Counted from the first letter of the stretch, positions 39,952 through 50,288 are shown. The stretch is 64,000 nt of DNA from a bacterium (GCA_023267595.1 JAHFNB010000001.1:8837-72836); one strand, 5' to 3'. Made by a program: numbers and translations. Notes: generated by a model not told the origin, from the letters alone.

Positions 39952-41775
39952 TCACACCACCTCCTTTATTCTTAACCTCAACTCTGTTTTTCCTCTAAAC
40001 ACACTCTTCTCAATATGAGCAAGCAATGTATGTTCCTTTTTTATTTTTTCCTCCAGTTCTTTTGGTGCAAAAAACATTATGGCTTTTTTATCACCATAAA
40101 AAACTTCTAAATGCTGCTCTTTCTTTCCAAACCATCTCACTGACACTGGTGCCACACCTCTAAATGCAAATAAGGGTTTCACATTCCCCACTCCAAATGG
40201 TGCGAGTACACTTATCGCGTTATGTGTGATATGGTTTACATCTTCAATATTCAAATATGCATGTGCAATTGTCTCTTCACTTCCTAAATCTTTTATCGTC
40301 ACATGCTTAATTGCAACATTTAATGCGTGTGATAATTCTCCCACTTTATCAAGTGAACATTCAAATCCCCCTGCTTGTTCATGTCCACCACTATGTGTAA
40401 TAACATCTGGAAATATTTCTTTTGCAACTGCCATTAATTCCACCACATGCACATCCCCACGCGAACGACATGATCCTTTCACAACACTTTTGTCATCGCC
40501 TTGTCCATATACGAATGTTGGCTTCCCTGTTTCATCAATTATATTCTGCGCGATTAACCCTAATATTCCAGCCCCCCAAGAAATATCTCCAACCACAACC
40601 ACATCATTCTTGTACACATCATGATCAAATGAAATAGTGCTCACTATATCCTTCACACCTGATTTTCTCTCTGTATTTAATGCTTCTAGATCTTCAACAT
40701 ATTTCTGCGCAAGAATACCATCTCGTTCATACAACATCTTATGTGCTTGTATTGGATCCCCCATTCTACTTGCTGCATTTATTCTCGGTGCAATAGTAAA
40801 AGCAATATCATCTTCTGTCAGATGTTCTTTTGATACTCCTTGCGCACGAAAAATGTGATTGAGTCCATGACGTCTAGTCTGACGTAATACTTTCAAACCA
40901 AAATGTGCGAGTGTTCTATTTTCTTTCACAAGTGGCACCATATCTGATATCGTAGATATTCCCACTAAGTCGAGTAACCACTTTTCATATCCATCTTTCA
41001 AACTTGATACTGCTTTTAATACTTTTTCAAATTTTGAATTTTTACTGTTGTCTTTTGTCTTAGGTCTATTGTCTCCATGTGCTTTGCTTTCTTCTCGCAA
41101 TCTGGAAAGCAAAGCACATGATAACTTCCACGCCACTGCACATCCACACAACATATCATCATGATACTTACATACATCTTGTTTTGAATTTATCACTGCC
41201 ACTGCGTCCGGCACCACTTGCACCATTTTCTTTTTTGTCTTTCCATTTTTTACTTCTTTATGAATAGGCAAGTGATGATCCGTCACAATCATATCCACCC
41301 CCACACTCTTCGCATATTCCACTTCCTCAATATTTGTAATTGCTAAATCCACAGTAATAATTAAACTTACTCCTTTCTTTTTTAAAATATCTATTGCATG
41401 TTTATGCACACCGTAACCTTCATTGTGACGATGAGGAATATATAACTCTACTGGATATGAAATATCGTCAAAAAATGTTCGAAGTAACACTCCCCCTGGG
41501 ACTCCATCACAATCATAATCACTATAGATAGCAATTTTCTCTCCTTTTTTCATTGCACTTATTATTCTTTCTACTGCTTTGGTCATTCCATATATGAGAA
41601 ATGGATCACCAATATCTTTTTCATATGAAGGGTTGAGAAATTGCTCGGCTTCCTTTTTGTTTTTCACCCCGCGTTGTGCAAGTAATCTCAAAGTAAGTGG
41701 ATGTACGTCCAAATCACCATACATTTTCTTTAATTTTTCCAATTCTATTTCTGGAAGTACAGAAAATTTACTCAT
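39952..41775 (-). CDS. recJ: single-stranded-DNA-specific exonuclease RecJ
   Basis: DHH motifs DYDCDG, VTDHH, DHHA1-like C-terminal domain. Confidence 0.85.
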   Translation of the reverse strand: MSKFSVLPEIELEKLKKMYGDLDVHPLTLRLLAQRGVKNKKEAEQFLNPSYEKDIGDPFLIYGMTKAVERIISAMKKGEKIAIYSDYDCDGVPGGVLLRTFFDDISYPVELYIPHRHNEGYGVHKHAIDILKKKGVSLIITVDLAITNIEEVEYAKSVGVDMIVTDHHLPIHKEVKNGKTKKKMVQVVPDAVAVINSKQDVCKYHDDMLCGCAVAWKLSCALLSRLREESKAHGDNRPKTKDNSKNSKFEKVLKAVSSLKDGYEKWLLDLVGISTISDMVPLVKENRTLAHFGLKVLRQTRRHGLNHIFRAQGVSKEHLTEDDIAFTIAPRINAASRMGDPIQAHKMLYERDGILAQKYVEDLEALNTERKSGVKDIVSTISFDHDVYKNDVVVVGDISWGAGILGLIAQNIIDETGKPTFVYGQGDDKSVVKGSCRSRGDVHVVELMAVAKEIFPDVITHSGGHEQAGGFECSLDKVGELSHALNVAIKHVTIKDLGSEETIAHAYLNIEDVNHITHNAISVLAPFGVGNVKPLFAFRGVAPVSVRWFGKKEQHLEVFYGDKKAIMFFAPKELEEKIKKEHTLLAHIEKSVFRGKTELRLRIKEVV

Positions 41776-41842
41776 GCATGCCAGTATACCAGTACTCCCC
41801 TAGTACAATTTGTCTTTTATAATTCTAATAAAAGACAAATAA

Positions 41843-43348
41843 CTATTTAACCTTAAACTGTTTCTTGATTTCTTGTATCTTCTCTATATTTTTTTCCTCC
41901 ATCCCCTTCTTCCCCTGCTCACCAAGAGATTTTAACTCATCAACTGACAACTTTACCAGTTCTATTGCACGTTTATCTAGATACTCTTCTGTATTTTTAC
42001 TTGGTTCCTCTAGTACTTCATCAAATAAAGCATGTAAAACGTAGCCAATTTTCGGACCTGCTTGTTCTTTGGTTACTTCCATGATTCTTTTTCCATCAAT
42101 CTTTAACATTTTAAGAGAAATAGGATCTTGTAGTGCCTGTTCCACCATAGATTCATACATTCTTAAGCGATATGGCTCTTCTTTTGGTCTTCCTGTTCCT
42201 ATTCTGTCACAAATACGTAAATCTATAAGATCCCAAATATTTTCTTTACCTACATTTGTAATTAAGCGACGTACTGCAGATAAAGTAATCTGCTCTGTAT
42301 CTGAGAAAAACATATGCCAACGTACAAACATAGATACTTTTTCAATCATTTCCTTTGGAAACTTAAGTCTCTCCATTATTTCACGTGTAACGCGTCCACC
42401 TACTACATCATGACCATAAAATGTGTAATCACTCTTCTCTTTTGAGAATCTACGAGTCTCTGGTTTTGAAATATCATGAAAAATAGCCGAAAGTCGCACA
42501 TGAAGTGGCCACTTTTTATCTGCTGCATGTTGAACCGTACGCAAATTATGCTCCCAAACGTCATATTTATGTGCTTGATTCTGCTCTATTCCTATTCCTC
42601 TCTCCAATTCAGGTAAAACATACTGTAATAATCCAACTTGTTCCATAATCATAAAACCTCGCATAGGAAAATCAGTCATAACCAACTTTACAATCTCATC
42701 TCTCACCCTTTCACGTGAAATGTTATTAAGTAAATGCGCATTTTTTTCTATACTTTCACGTGTAACGGCATGAATATCAAAATCAAGTTGACTTGCGAGA
42801 CGTATTGCGCGCATAAGTCGTAATGCATCTTCATTGAAACGGACATCTCCACTTCCAACAGTACGAATTATTTTGTCCTTTATATCTTCTACTCCATTAA
42901 ACGGATCTACCATCTCCCCTGTTACCGGATTGTACGCAATGGCATTAATCGTCAAATCACGACGTTTTAAATCGTCAGTGATATCTTTACTCCAAATTAC
43001 CTGATCAGGGTGTCTATTGTCAGAATATGTCGTCTCAAGACGATATGGAGTCACTTCCACAATCTTTACACTCTCATCACTGCAAACTGGTAGATTTTCC
43101 TCACCACATGTCACTACTCCTACTGTTCCAAATGAATTTTCGTAGAATGTTTTTGGAAATAGTGCAATAATCTCCTCTGGTGTAGCATTCGTTGTGATAT
43201 CAAAATCATGAGGCTTTGTCCCAATGATAAGATCTCGAACACATCCACCAACAAGAAAAGCCTCAAATCCTTCATCTTGAAGCATTGCAAGTACCATTAT
43301 CACCTCTTTTGGTACCACTGTCTTAATTATTGACTGTATTTGTGACAT
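41843..43348 (-). CDS. cca: CCA-adding tRNA nucleotidyltransferase / poly(A) polymerase family with HD domain
   Basis: LVGGCVRDLIIG...DFDITT head motif, HD region, C-terminal extension. Confidence 0.8.
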   Translation of the reverse strand: MSQIQSIIKTVVPKEVIMVLAMLQDEGFEAFLVGGCVRDLIIGTKPHDFDITTNATPEEIIALFPKTFYENSFGTVGVVTCGEENLPVCSDESVKIVEVTPYRLETTYSDNRHPDQVIWSKDITDDLKRRDLTINAIAYNPVTGEMVDPFNGVEDIKDKIIRTVGSGDVRFNEDALRLMRAIRLASQLDFDIHAVTRESIEKNAHLLNNISRERVRDEIVKLVMTDFPMRGFMIMEQVGLLQYVLPELERGIGIEQNQAHKYDVWEHNLRTVQHAADKKWPLHVRLSAIFHDISKPETRRFSKEKSDYTFYGHDVVGGRVTREIMERLKFPKEMIEKVSMFVRWHMFFSDTEQITLSAVRRLITNVGKENIWDLIDLRICDRIGTGRPKEEPYRLRMYESMVEQALQDPISLKMLKIDGKRIMEVTKEQAGPKIGYVLHALFDEVLEEPSKNTEEYLDKRAIELVKLSVDELKSLGEQGKKGMEEKNIEKIQEIKKQFKVK

Positions 43349-43391
43349 AAATTATGTTAGAATTTCCTAGTAAATAAGGCTTATTTATATT

Positions 43392-43463
43392 GCTTCTGTG
43401 GTGAAATGGATATCATTACGGTCTTCGGAACCGTCGTTCCTGGTTCGAATCCAGGCAGAAGCA
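43392..43463 (+). tRNA. tRNA-Arg (anticodon TCG)
   Basis: manual cloverleaf: acceptor GCTTCTG/CAGAAGC, anticodon loop cTTCGga, T-loop TTCGAAT; no encoded CCA. Confidence 0.7.
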
Positions 43464-43566
43464 CATTCTTCCCCATATTGTACCGTTACATGTGTAACAA
43501 ATTACATTACTATCCCCTGTTTCACTGCGTAGGATATGCTCTGCTATCTCACTCTTTACTTCGTTG

Positions 43567-43637
43567 TGCGGCGTAGGAGAATCGAACTCCTGTCTCAACC
43601 TTGGCAAGGTCGTGTTCTACCACTAAACCAACACCGC
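43567..43637 (-). tRNA. tRNA-Gly (anticodon GCC)
   Basis: manual fold of reverse complement: GCGGTGT...anticodon loop ttGCCaa...TTCGATT. Confidence 0.8.
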
Positions 43638-43897
43638 ATTGAAAGACATTGTAACATAAGACGTTTTAAGAGAGAAGATAATTTTATAATCACAAAAATT
43701 ATCAAATATGGGGATAAACCTGTGGGAACTGTGCATAAAAGACAGTAAAGTACGTATAAGGCAGACTATACAGATAGTGGCTTTAATTGCAAAATATCCT
43801 TATGTAATAAAGGTTTTAAAAAGGCAAATGGCTTTTTTATAAAGGATAATAAGACAATCGTTTCACGTGAAACAATATAATATAACTATAAATACTT

Positions 43898-44287
43898 GTG
43901 GCGGAACATAATGAAATAGGTAAAATAGGGGAAAATATAACGAGAACGTTTCTCATGAAACATGGTTTTACCGTTTCAGAAACCAATTACCGAACAAAAT
44001 ACGGGGAAATAGATATTATAGCGAGAAAAGACAATAAACTGCGGTTTATTGAAGTTAAGAGTATAAAAGTCAAAGACGTAGCAGAGAGGGGAAATCTTAC
44101 AATTAAACCAGAAGATAATCTGACAAAAGAAAAGTGGAGCAAAGTAGTAGTGAGTATTGAAATATATTTACAAAATAGGGGAGTTCCACGTGAAACTAGG
44201 TGGCAAATAGATCTTGCCTGTGTTTATATAAATACTGAAATAAGAGAGGGGAGAGTCTATCTACTAGAGAATATACATAAAGAGTGA
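43898..44287 (+). CDS. yraN: YraN-family (UPF0102) endonuclease
   Basis: YGEIDIIARKDNKLRFIEVKS PD-(D/E)xK core. Confidence 0.7.
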   Translation: MAEHNEIGKIGENITRTFLMKHGFTVSETNYRTKYGEIDIIARKDNKLRFIEVKSIKVKDVAERGNLTIKPEDNLTKEKWSKVVVSIEIYLQNRGVPRETRWQIDLACVYINTEIREGRVYLLENIHKE

Positions 44288-44300
44288 CAACTGAAATACA

Positions 44301-44327
44301 AAAAACAGGCAATTGCCTGTTTTTTGT
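44301..44327. terminator. bidirectional hairpin between yraN and tRNA-Gly
   Basis: aaaaaacaggcaattgcctgttttttg perfect palindrome with flanking A/T runs. Confidence 0.6.
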
Positions 44328-44333
44328 ATTTTG

Positions 44334-44404
44334 TGCGGCGTAAGAGAATCGAACTCTTGTCTCCTGCTTGGAAGGCAGGCATTCTACCACTAAACCAACA
44401 CCGC
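44334..44404 (-). tRNA. tRNA-Gly (anticodon TCC)
   Basis: manual fold of reverse complement: anticodon loop ctTCCaa, T-loop TTCGATT. Confidence 0.8.
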
Positions 44405-44505
44405 TTGTAGTGACTATACTACTATATTTTTTATAATATTTCCAGTAGATAATGCATGCAATTCAATAAAAATATGATAGTATACAGAGACACAAAGTTT
44501 TATAT

Positions 44506-44578
44506 CGGAATGTGGTGTAACGGCTAACATCCCTGGTTTGGGACCAGGTGACTCCGGGTTCGAATCCCGGCATTCCGA
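44506..44578 (+). tRNA. tRNA-Pro (anticodon TGG)
   Basis: CGGAATG acceptor, anticodon loop ttTGGga (G37), T-loop TTCGAAT. Confidence 0.8.
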
Positions 44579-44583
44579 CTGAA

Positions 44584-44616
44584 AAGATAAATCCGCCTTG
44601 ATGGCGGATTTATCTT
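44584..44616 (+). terminator. hairpin terminator after tRNA-Pro
   Basis: aagataaatccgcc-ttgat-ggcggatttatctt. Confidence 0.55.
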
Positions 44617-44689
44617 TGAAGGAGGAGTGCAAGAAACCAACTGCTTGGCTTCTGTCGGGATTCGAATAGGGGTCGCAGAACCTTTTGTT

Positions 44690-44739
44690 TCGAACAAAGT
44701 GAGAAACTGGTTCTGTGACCGAATATCCCGGCATTCCGA
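44690..44739 (+). other. degenerate 3' fragment of tRNA-Pro (gtgac..cgaatatcccggcattccga), 15-bp exact direct repeat of the tRNA 3' end
   Basis: atcccggcattccga present at 44564..44578 and 44725..44739; upstream gtgac also shared. Confidence 0.5.
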
Positions 44740-44747
44740 AAAAATAT

Positions 44748-44775
44748 AAAAGCACTGGCAATTGCCAGTGCTTTT
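44748..44775. terminator. palindromic terminator downstream of hup
   Basis: aaaagcactggcaattgccagtgctttt. Confidence 0.6.
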
Positions 44776-44797
44776 ATATTTTAAGAAACGTAGTTAA

Positions 44798-45070
44798 TTA
44801 CTTAACTGCATCCTTAAGTGCCTTTGCTGCAGAGAACTTAGGAACTTTTGTAGCAGAAACATGGACTGTTTCTCCTGTCTTTGGATTACGGGCTTCACGT
44901 GCTTTACGCATTTTGACCGTAAACTTTCCAAGACCTGCGATAGCAACCTCATCTCCTTTTGCAAGAGTTTTTACGATTGTACCAAATACTGTATCTACTA
45001 CTTCTTCTGCTTGTACCTTTGTTGAACCAAGTACTGCATGTACTGCTTCAACGAGACCTGCTTTGTTCAT
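44798..45070 (-). CDS. hup: DNA-binding protein HU
   Basis: MNKAGLVEAV...GFGKF..RNPKTGE signature. Confidence 0.9.
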   Translation of the reverse strand: MNKAGLVEAVHAVLGSTKVQAEEVVDTVFGTIVKTLAKGDEVAIAGLGKFTVKMRKAREARNPKTGETVHVSATKVPKFSAAKALKDAVK

Positions 45071-45293
45071 AGAGTTTGAAGTTTAAGATGTTGTATTTTT
45101 CCTAGGATTACAACATCAAAAAATAAATTTATTAATCTCCTCGCATGCGTTAGTACACACGATAGGATGAAATTATTATATACCGCAGGGCTTTTTTAGC
45201 AAGTCAAATAAACATATGATTTATTTTTGTCAAAATAGTATATAAAAGAAAATCCCCGCAATTTTCTGCGGGAATTTCGAGAAACTTCGGACA

Positions 45294-45902
45294 TTATAGT
45301 CCGTTTTGCATGCGAAGAGGGTAGGATGCGGTGAATTTTGTCGGATCTTGTTTCTTTTTTACTTGTGATTTTTTTATAACAACCTTTTTCACTACCGGTT
45401 TTGGGCAGGTTTTCGGTTTTTCACCAATAAATTCATCACAAACGAGACGAAGATTGGTGCGAAGCATCCTGATACGCCGATTTTGTACAGATACTTCTTC
45501 GCTCAGAAGACTTAACTCGTTTTTCAGATGAGGAATTGCAACGGACTTGTAGTCACGAACCTCATCTGTGAGATTTTTATTTTCTCTGTTGAGACGCAGA
45601 ATTTGTGTCATCGCATCATCAACCGTAATACTCATATGCCTATTGGTGATTTGCAGATCTTTATTGTCTTTCTGCAAATCTTTGTTAGCAACCAATAAGT
45701 AAACACTGAGCAAGAGAAAAATGCAGGAAATAATGAGAGAGAATCCCGTTACCATTCGATGATTGTGAAGTTGGTAATCGTGATTTTTTTCCTCGAAGTC
45801 TTCCTTCTTAACCACATTACCTAGCAAAGTCTGTTTTGCAGACTTTTCAATGTCGCGAACAATATCTGCCGAACTAGTCGGCACTATCTTCAATGATGGC
45901 AT
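45294..45902 (-). CDS. hypothetical single-pass membrane coiled-coil protein with Lys-rich C-terminus
   Basis: TM helix LIISCIFLLLSVYLLV, heptad-like region, KPVVKKVVIKKSQVKKK tail. Confidence 0.4.
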   Translation of the reverse strand: MPSLKIVPTSSADIVRDIEKSAKQTLLGNVVKKEDFEEKNHDYQLHNHRMVTGFSLIISCIFLLLSVYLLVANKDLQKDNKDLQITNRHMSITVDDAMTQILRLNRENKNLTDEVRDYKSVAIPHLKNELSLLSEEVSVQNRRIRMLRTNLRLVCDEFIGEKPKTCPKPVVKKVVIKKSQVKKKQDPTKFTASYPLRMQNGL

Positions 45903-46020
45903 GTCTATCTCCGTCTATTTTGTGGTGCCTCCACAGGCACATCACGTCATTGGTCTGATGAAAACACTACAAGAAAATACTACTTATGTCAATGTATTCT
46001 AATAGATAGATATTATTTTG

Positions 46021-47535
46021 CTAACGAGCAAACTCAATAACACGACTCTCACGAATAACGTGTATTTTTATTTCTCCAGGAAATCGTAACTCTTGTTCAA
46101 CACGGATCGCAATTGCACGAGCAAGATTTCTTGCTTCTAAATCATTTACAAGAGTAGGGGAGACAAATATTCGTATTTCACGTCCTGCTTGAAGTGCGTA
46201 CACCCGTTCAATACCAGTAAATGACATGGCAAGTGCTTCCAAATCTTCTAATCGTTTAATATATCTATCCACAGTATCGCGACGTGCACCAGGACGTCCT
46301 CCACTTATCGCATCTGCTACTTGAACAAGAACACTTTCGATTGTTTCGTATGGATATTCTTCGTGATGTGCTTGCATTGCGAGTATCACTCGTTCATCAA
46401 CACCATACTTCATCAAAATTTTCCTTCCAATTTCCACATGAGTCCCTTGTATTTCATGATCAACTGCTTTTCCAATATCATGAAGTAATGCTCCTGCTTT
46501 GGTAACATAGACATCTGCACCTAATTCTTGTGCGAGCACTCCACCAATGTGAGCCATCTCAATTGAATGATCCAAAACATTTTGTCCGTAACTGGTACGG
46601 AAATATAATCGTCCAATAATTGGAATAAGTTCATCTGGAATTGAAAGTAGCCCACATGCAAGCACTGCTTCTTCTCCTTTCTTTCGCATAAATACTCCAA
46701 TATCTTTTTTTGCTTTATCCAAACACTCTTCTATCTTTGCAGGTTGAATACGTCCATCTTTTATCAACATCTCAAGTGCATTTTTTGCAATGGCACGACG
46801 CACCGGATCAAAACATGAAATAACAATTGCATTTGGTGTTTCATCAACGAGTAGTTCAACACCTGAGAGGCGTTCAAATGTTTTTATATTTCTCCCTTCT
46901 TTACCTATAACTTTTCCTTTTACTTCTTCATCAGTGATTTCAACAGAAGATGTCATAAACTGCGATATAGTTCCATTTGCAATACGATAAATACTGCTTG
47001 CAAGAATATCTCGTGCCTTATCTTCCAGAATCTTTTCTCCGTCCCGTGAGATTTTCAACATACGTGACTGTAAATCTTCTTCTCCTTCACGCATTATTTT
47101 TTCTATAACAAGTGCTCGTGCTTCTTCTTGACTTAATTGTGCAACTCTTTCTAATTCATGCTGAAGGTTCTTTTCTTTTTGTTCTATAACATCTCTAAGA
47201 GAAGAGAGTTCTTTACTCTTTTCTTTGAGTGATTGTAGTTCACGAGTAATGTCACTATCACGATGTGCTAATTCTGCTTCACGTTTATCTAGACGTTCTT
47301 CTTGTTTTACAATTCTCTCTTCATCTTTTTGCAATGATTCACGAAGAGCCTTCGCTTTTCCTAATGCTTCTTCTTCAATACCATGTGCTTCTCGTTTTGC
47401 ATCAAGCAATTTTTCTTCTATGTCAGATTCTATAGACCCACGACGAGAAAGTGCCACGTAATGACGTGCTATATATCCAAGAGTTGCGCCTACACTAAGT
47501 ACGACAACTCCTTCAAGGAGAAGTGTTCCTGTCAT
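46021..47535 (-). CDS. rny: ribonuclease Y
   Basis: N-terminal TM + coiled coil, KH (VIGKEGRNIKTFE), HD (LLHDIGK). Confidence 0.9.
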   Translation of the reverse strand: MTGTLLLEGVVVLSVGATLGYIARHYVALSRRGSIESDIEEKLLDAKREAHGIEEEALGKAKALRESLQKDEERIVKQEERLDKREAELAHRDSDITRELQSLKEKSKELSSLRDVIEQKEKNLQHELERVAQLSQEEARALVIEKIMREGEEDLQSRMLKISRDGEKILEDKARDILASSIYRIANGTISQFMTSSVEITDEEVKGKVIGKEGRNIKTFERLSGVELLVDETPNAIVISCFDPVRRAIAKNALEMLIKDGRIQPAKIEECLDKAKKDIGVFMRKKGEEAVLACGLLSIPDELIPIIGRLYFRTSYGQNVLDHSIEMAHIGGVLAQELGADVYVTKAGALLHDIGKAVDHEIQGTHVEIGRKILMKYGVDERVILAMQAHHEEYPYETIESVLVQVADAISGGRPGARRDTVDRYIKRLEDLEALAMSFTGIERVYALQAGREIRIFVSPTLVNDLEARNLARAIAIRVEQELRFPGEIKIHVIRESRVIEFAR

Positions 47536-47536
47536 G

Positions 47537-48124
47537 TTACTTTGAAGTCTTTGGTTTCAAGATGTGATCTACAATCCCGTATTTCTTTGCTTCTTCTGCA
47601 GTCATCCAATAATCACGATCACTATCTTTTTCTATGGTATCTAGTTTCTGCCCAGTATTTTTTGCGAGAATCTCATTTAACATCTTCTTTAAGCGAAGCC
47701 CTTCTTTCAAATCAATTTCCATATCAGTAACTTTTCCTCGTGTTCCAGAAGATGGCTGGTGAATCATCACTGTTGCATGTGGTAAGATGCTACGCTTTCC
47801 TTTTGTACCAGAAGAAAGGAGAAATGCGCCCATAGATGCTTGTACACCAATACCAACTGTTGCAACATCACATTTAAGATGCTTCATAGTGTCATAAATA
47901 GCAAGACCATCGTAGACACTTCCACCAGGGGAGTTTATATAAAGCATTATATCTTTCTTTGAATCTTCTGCTTCTAGGAAAAGCATTTGTGCCACAATAA
48001 TAGATGCAGTATGCTCATCAACGGCGTCGCCTAAGAAAATGATTCTCTCCTTAAGAAGGCGTGAATAGATATCATATGCACGTTCACCAAACTGGCTTTT
48101 TTCAATAACTGTAGGTATTAACAT
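47537..48124 (-). CDS. clpP: ATP-dependent Clp protease proteolytic subunit
   Basis: catalytic-triad context [22 protein letters not shown]. Confidence 0.92.
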   Translation of the reverse strand: MLIPTVIEKSQFGERAYDIYSRLLKERIIFLGDAVDEHTASIIVAQMLFLEAEDSKKDIMLYINSPGGSVYDGLAIYDTMKHLKCDVATVGIGVQASMGAFLLSSGTKGKRSILPHATVMIHQPSSGTRGKVTDMEIDLKEGLRLKKMLNEILAKNTGQKLDTIEKDSDRDYWMTAEEAKKYGIVDHILKPKTSK

Positions 48125-48381
48125 AATAACTAGGTGATAGGTACTAGGTGATAGGATAAATATATATATACCACCTAAAACCTAAATTAATTCAATAATA
48201 AAATTCAAAATGATTCAAAAACCCTTGTAATCAAGCATATCTATCGTGTCGTTCGCTCTTTCAATATACGCACTATACCATGATTTTTCTCTAGAGAAAC
48301 GATTGACAAATACTATATTTATGCTATAATAGTAATTAGACAGAAGTTATTTGCTTTTTGACACGTTTATAGGAGAAAAAG

Positions 48382-49113
48382 ATGTCCACACTGATTTTCG
48401 TGGGAACCATTCTCCTTCTCTTCATTGTGATAGTTCTACTATCAGACGAAGGGAAGGTAAGGAGGAATGGGGGATTTGTATTCCTCACCCTTGCAATTCC
48501 GTACATCTTCCATGATGTTCTGCAAGGTGCTGTCCTTGTGGTGATAGGAGTTCTCTTCTTCACCATAAAGTCTATCGTGAACTGGGTAAACTTCCGTTTT
48601 GCATTCAGACGGGCGGTGCGCAATGCACGAGTGCATGCTCCTGCAGCACCAGCGATTCAAGCAATACCAGTTGCAAATGCACCAATTGCAGGAAATCATG
48701 GTTTCAGAATCGAATCCATTCCGTGGTTATACATTGGAATGGCCATTACTCTTCTTTCAGCAACGTATGCCGGACACGAAGAGAAATGGGGGATACTTGC
48801 CCTCTCATTGATTGCATTCCTCATCCTTGCCATCACAGAATGGAATCAATGGGGAATAGTAAAGACTTTCACGCAAGAAAAGGTAGGACCTGTAGTAGTG
48901 AAAGGGATACTCTCTACCCTAATGGGGGTTGGGAAATGCCTGTTTCTTGGCTACGGTGTCACTGTAGCCTTCATTACATGGTTCCTCTTCTTTGTATTCT
49001 GGTGGTATGTTGCGAGAAGGCCGCCAGAATTCATCACGATAGGAATGATCCTGACAGGTGTATCAGCATTTGTCATGGTCATCGCTTCGATGAAATCGAG
49101 GAAAAGAATTTGA
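48382..49113 (+). CDS. hypothetical 7-TM membrane protein with atypically high GC (~45%)
   Basis: 243 aa, C-ending codon bias (ttc/ctc/atc) unlike flanks; strong terminator follows. Confidence 0.5.
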   Translation: MSTLIFVGTILLLFIVIVLLSDEGKVRRNGGFVFLTLAIPYIFHDVLQGAVLVVIGVLFFTIKSIVNWVNFRFAFRRAVRNARVHAPAAPAIQAIPVANAPIAGNHGFRIESIPWLYIGMAITLLSATYAGHEEKWGILALSLIAFLILAITEWNQWGIVKTFTQEKVGPVVVKGILSTLMGVGKCLFLGYGVTVAFITWFLFFVFWWYVARRPPEFITIGMILTGVSAFVMVIASMKSRKRI

Positions 49114-49147
49114 ATTAGGAAGCCGGGGGTGCCAAGGCTCCTTTGTA

Positions 49148-49178
49148 CGGGCGACTGCTAAGCAGTCGCCCGTTTTTT
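49148..49178 (+). terminator. strong rho-independent terminator
   Basis: cgggcgactgc-taa-gcagtcgcccg + tttttt. Confidence 0.7.
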
Positions 49179-49598
49179 ATTATTAAAAGACAAAAAGAAA
49201 TCCCCTGCATTCTATGTCCGAAGTTATTCGGGCACACAATGCAGGGGATTCTCAAAAGAGAGTTTATAACTACATAAGTTTTCACAACTTAAAAGTTAAT
49301 AAAAAGAGCAAAACTTTAGGGTTTTTATGGTGTGGCATCTAGTAAAAGATTTTGACGGCCACAATTAGAAGGAACTACTTGGTAAGTATTGCGTGAAGTA
49401 TTGTAATACCCATTACGCATGGGCGAGCGTACTACTGCTCCACTTACCCTGTCCCTAATAATACGTTCTATGTCTTTTATAAGCAATAGGACATATGTGG
49501 ATAACTTTATGATGTCTTTTAATACATATATCTACTCATAAAAAATTGTCCCTTCACTTGTGTTGCAATGTCTTTTTATACACTATAGTGTAATAAAC

Positions 49599-50288
49599 AT
49601 GCGATTACATCGCTTCTACGTATTACAACCCCTTGGTGAAGAAGTTGTTATAGATGATGTTTCTCTTATAAAACAGTGGACAAAAGTTTTTAGATATACA
49701 CAAGGTGACTTTGTTATTCTCTTTAATGGAGAAGGTACTGACATCACCTATAGTATTGAAGAGATATCTCCAAAAATAATTCTTCTTAATCGTAGTAGCC
49801 TTTCTCCTTCTTATACTCCTCACAAAAAGGTAACACTATACCTTTCTCTTATCAAAAAAGATAACTTTGAACTTGCAGTACAGAAAGCAACTGAACTAGG
49901 AGTAACAACCATTGTTCCTATTCTTTCTGAACGATCAGAAAAGAAAAATATAGACTTAGACAGATTGCAAAAAATCGTTATCGAGAGTTCTGAACAATCT
50001 GGCAGAGGAGATGTGCCTACAATATTACCCATCATCACATTATCTGAAATAGTAGAAACTCAACTTCCGCATGATGTGTCCTATGTACTACAAATGGGAG
50101 AATCATCCTTACGTAGGCACTATAATCAAGAAATAAGTGTTGGTCTCTTTATTGGGCCTGAAGGTGGGTGGAGTGATGAAGAAAAGAAATTATTTCAAGA
50201 AAAAAATATACTGAGTGTTTCACTAGGATCAACAACATTACGAGCAGAGACTGCAGCAATAGTTGCTACCGCATATATACTAGAATAA
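49599..50288 (+). CDS. rsmE: 16S rRNA (uracil1498-N3)-methyltransferase RsmE
   Basis: MRLHRFYV start, PUA-like N-terminus, LFIGPEGGWSDEE SPOUT motif. Confidence 0.8.
   Translation: MRLHRFYVLQPLGEEVVIDDVSLIKQWTKVFRYTQGDFVILFNGEGTDITYSIEEISPKIILLNRSSLSPSYTPHKKVTLYLSLIKKDNFELAVQKATELGVTTIVPILSERSEKKNIDLDRLQKIVIESSEQSGRGDVPTILPIITLSEIVETQLPHDVSYVLQMGESSLRRHYNQEISVGLFIGPEGGWSDEEKKLFQEKNILSVSLGSTTLRAETAAIVATAYILE

Noticed and set aside
39719-39955. 78-aa minus-strand ORF between mod and recJ
   Set aside because: It is Cys/Arg/Pro-rich with no RBS. It sits antisense to a better-supported small plus-strand ORF.
44630-44760. Possible 40-codon GTG-initiated ORF after an aggagg motif downstream of tRNA-Pro
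   Set aside because: The region is better explained as a degenerate tRNA-Pro fragment plus terminators. It shows no protein-like composition.
48336-49118. Several overlapping ORFs (95, 85, 70, 131 aa) around the 7-TM gene
   Set aside because: They are alternative or antisense frames of one compositionally biased gene. Only 48382..49113 gives a coherent multi-TM protein.
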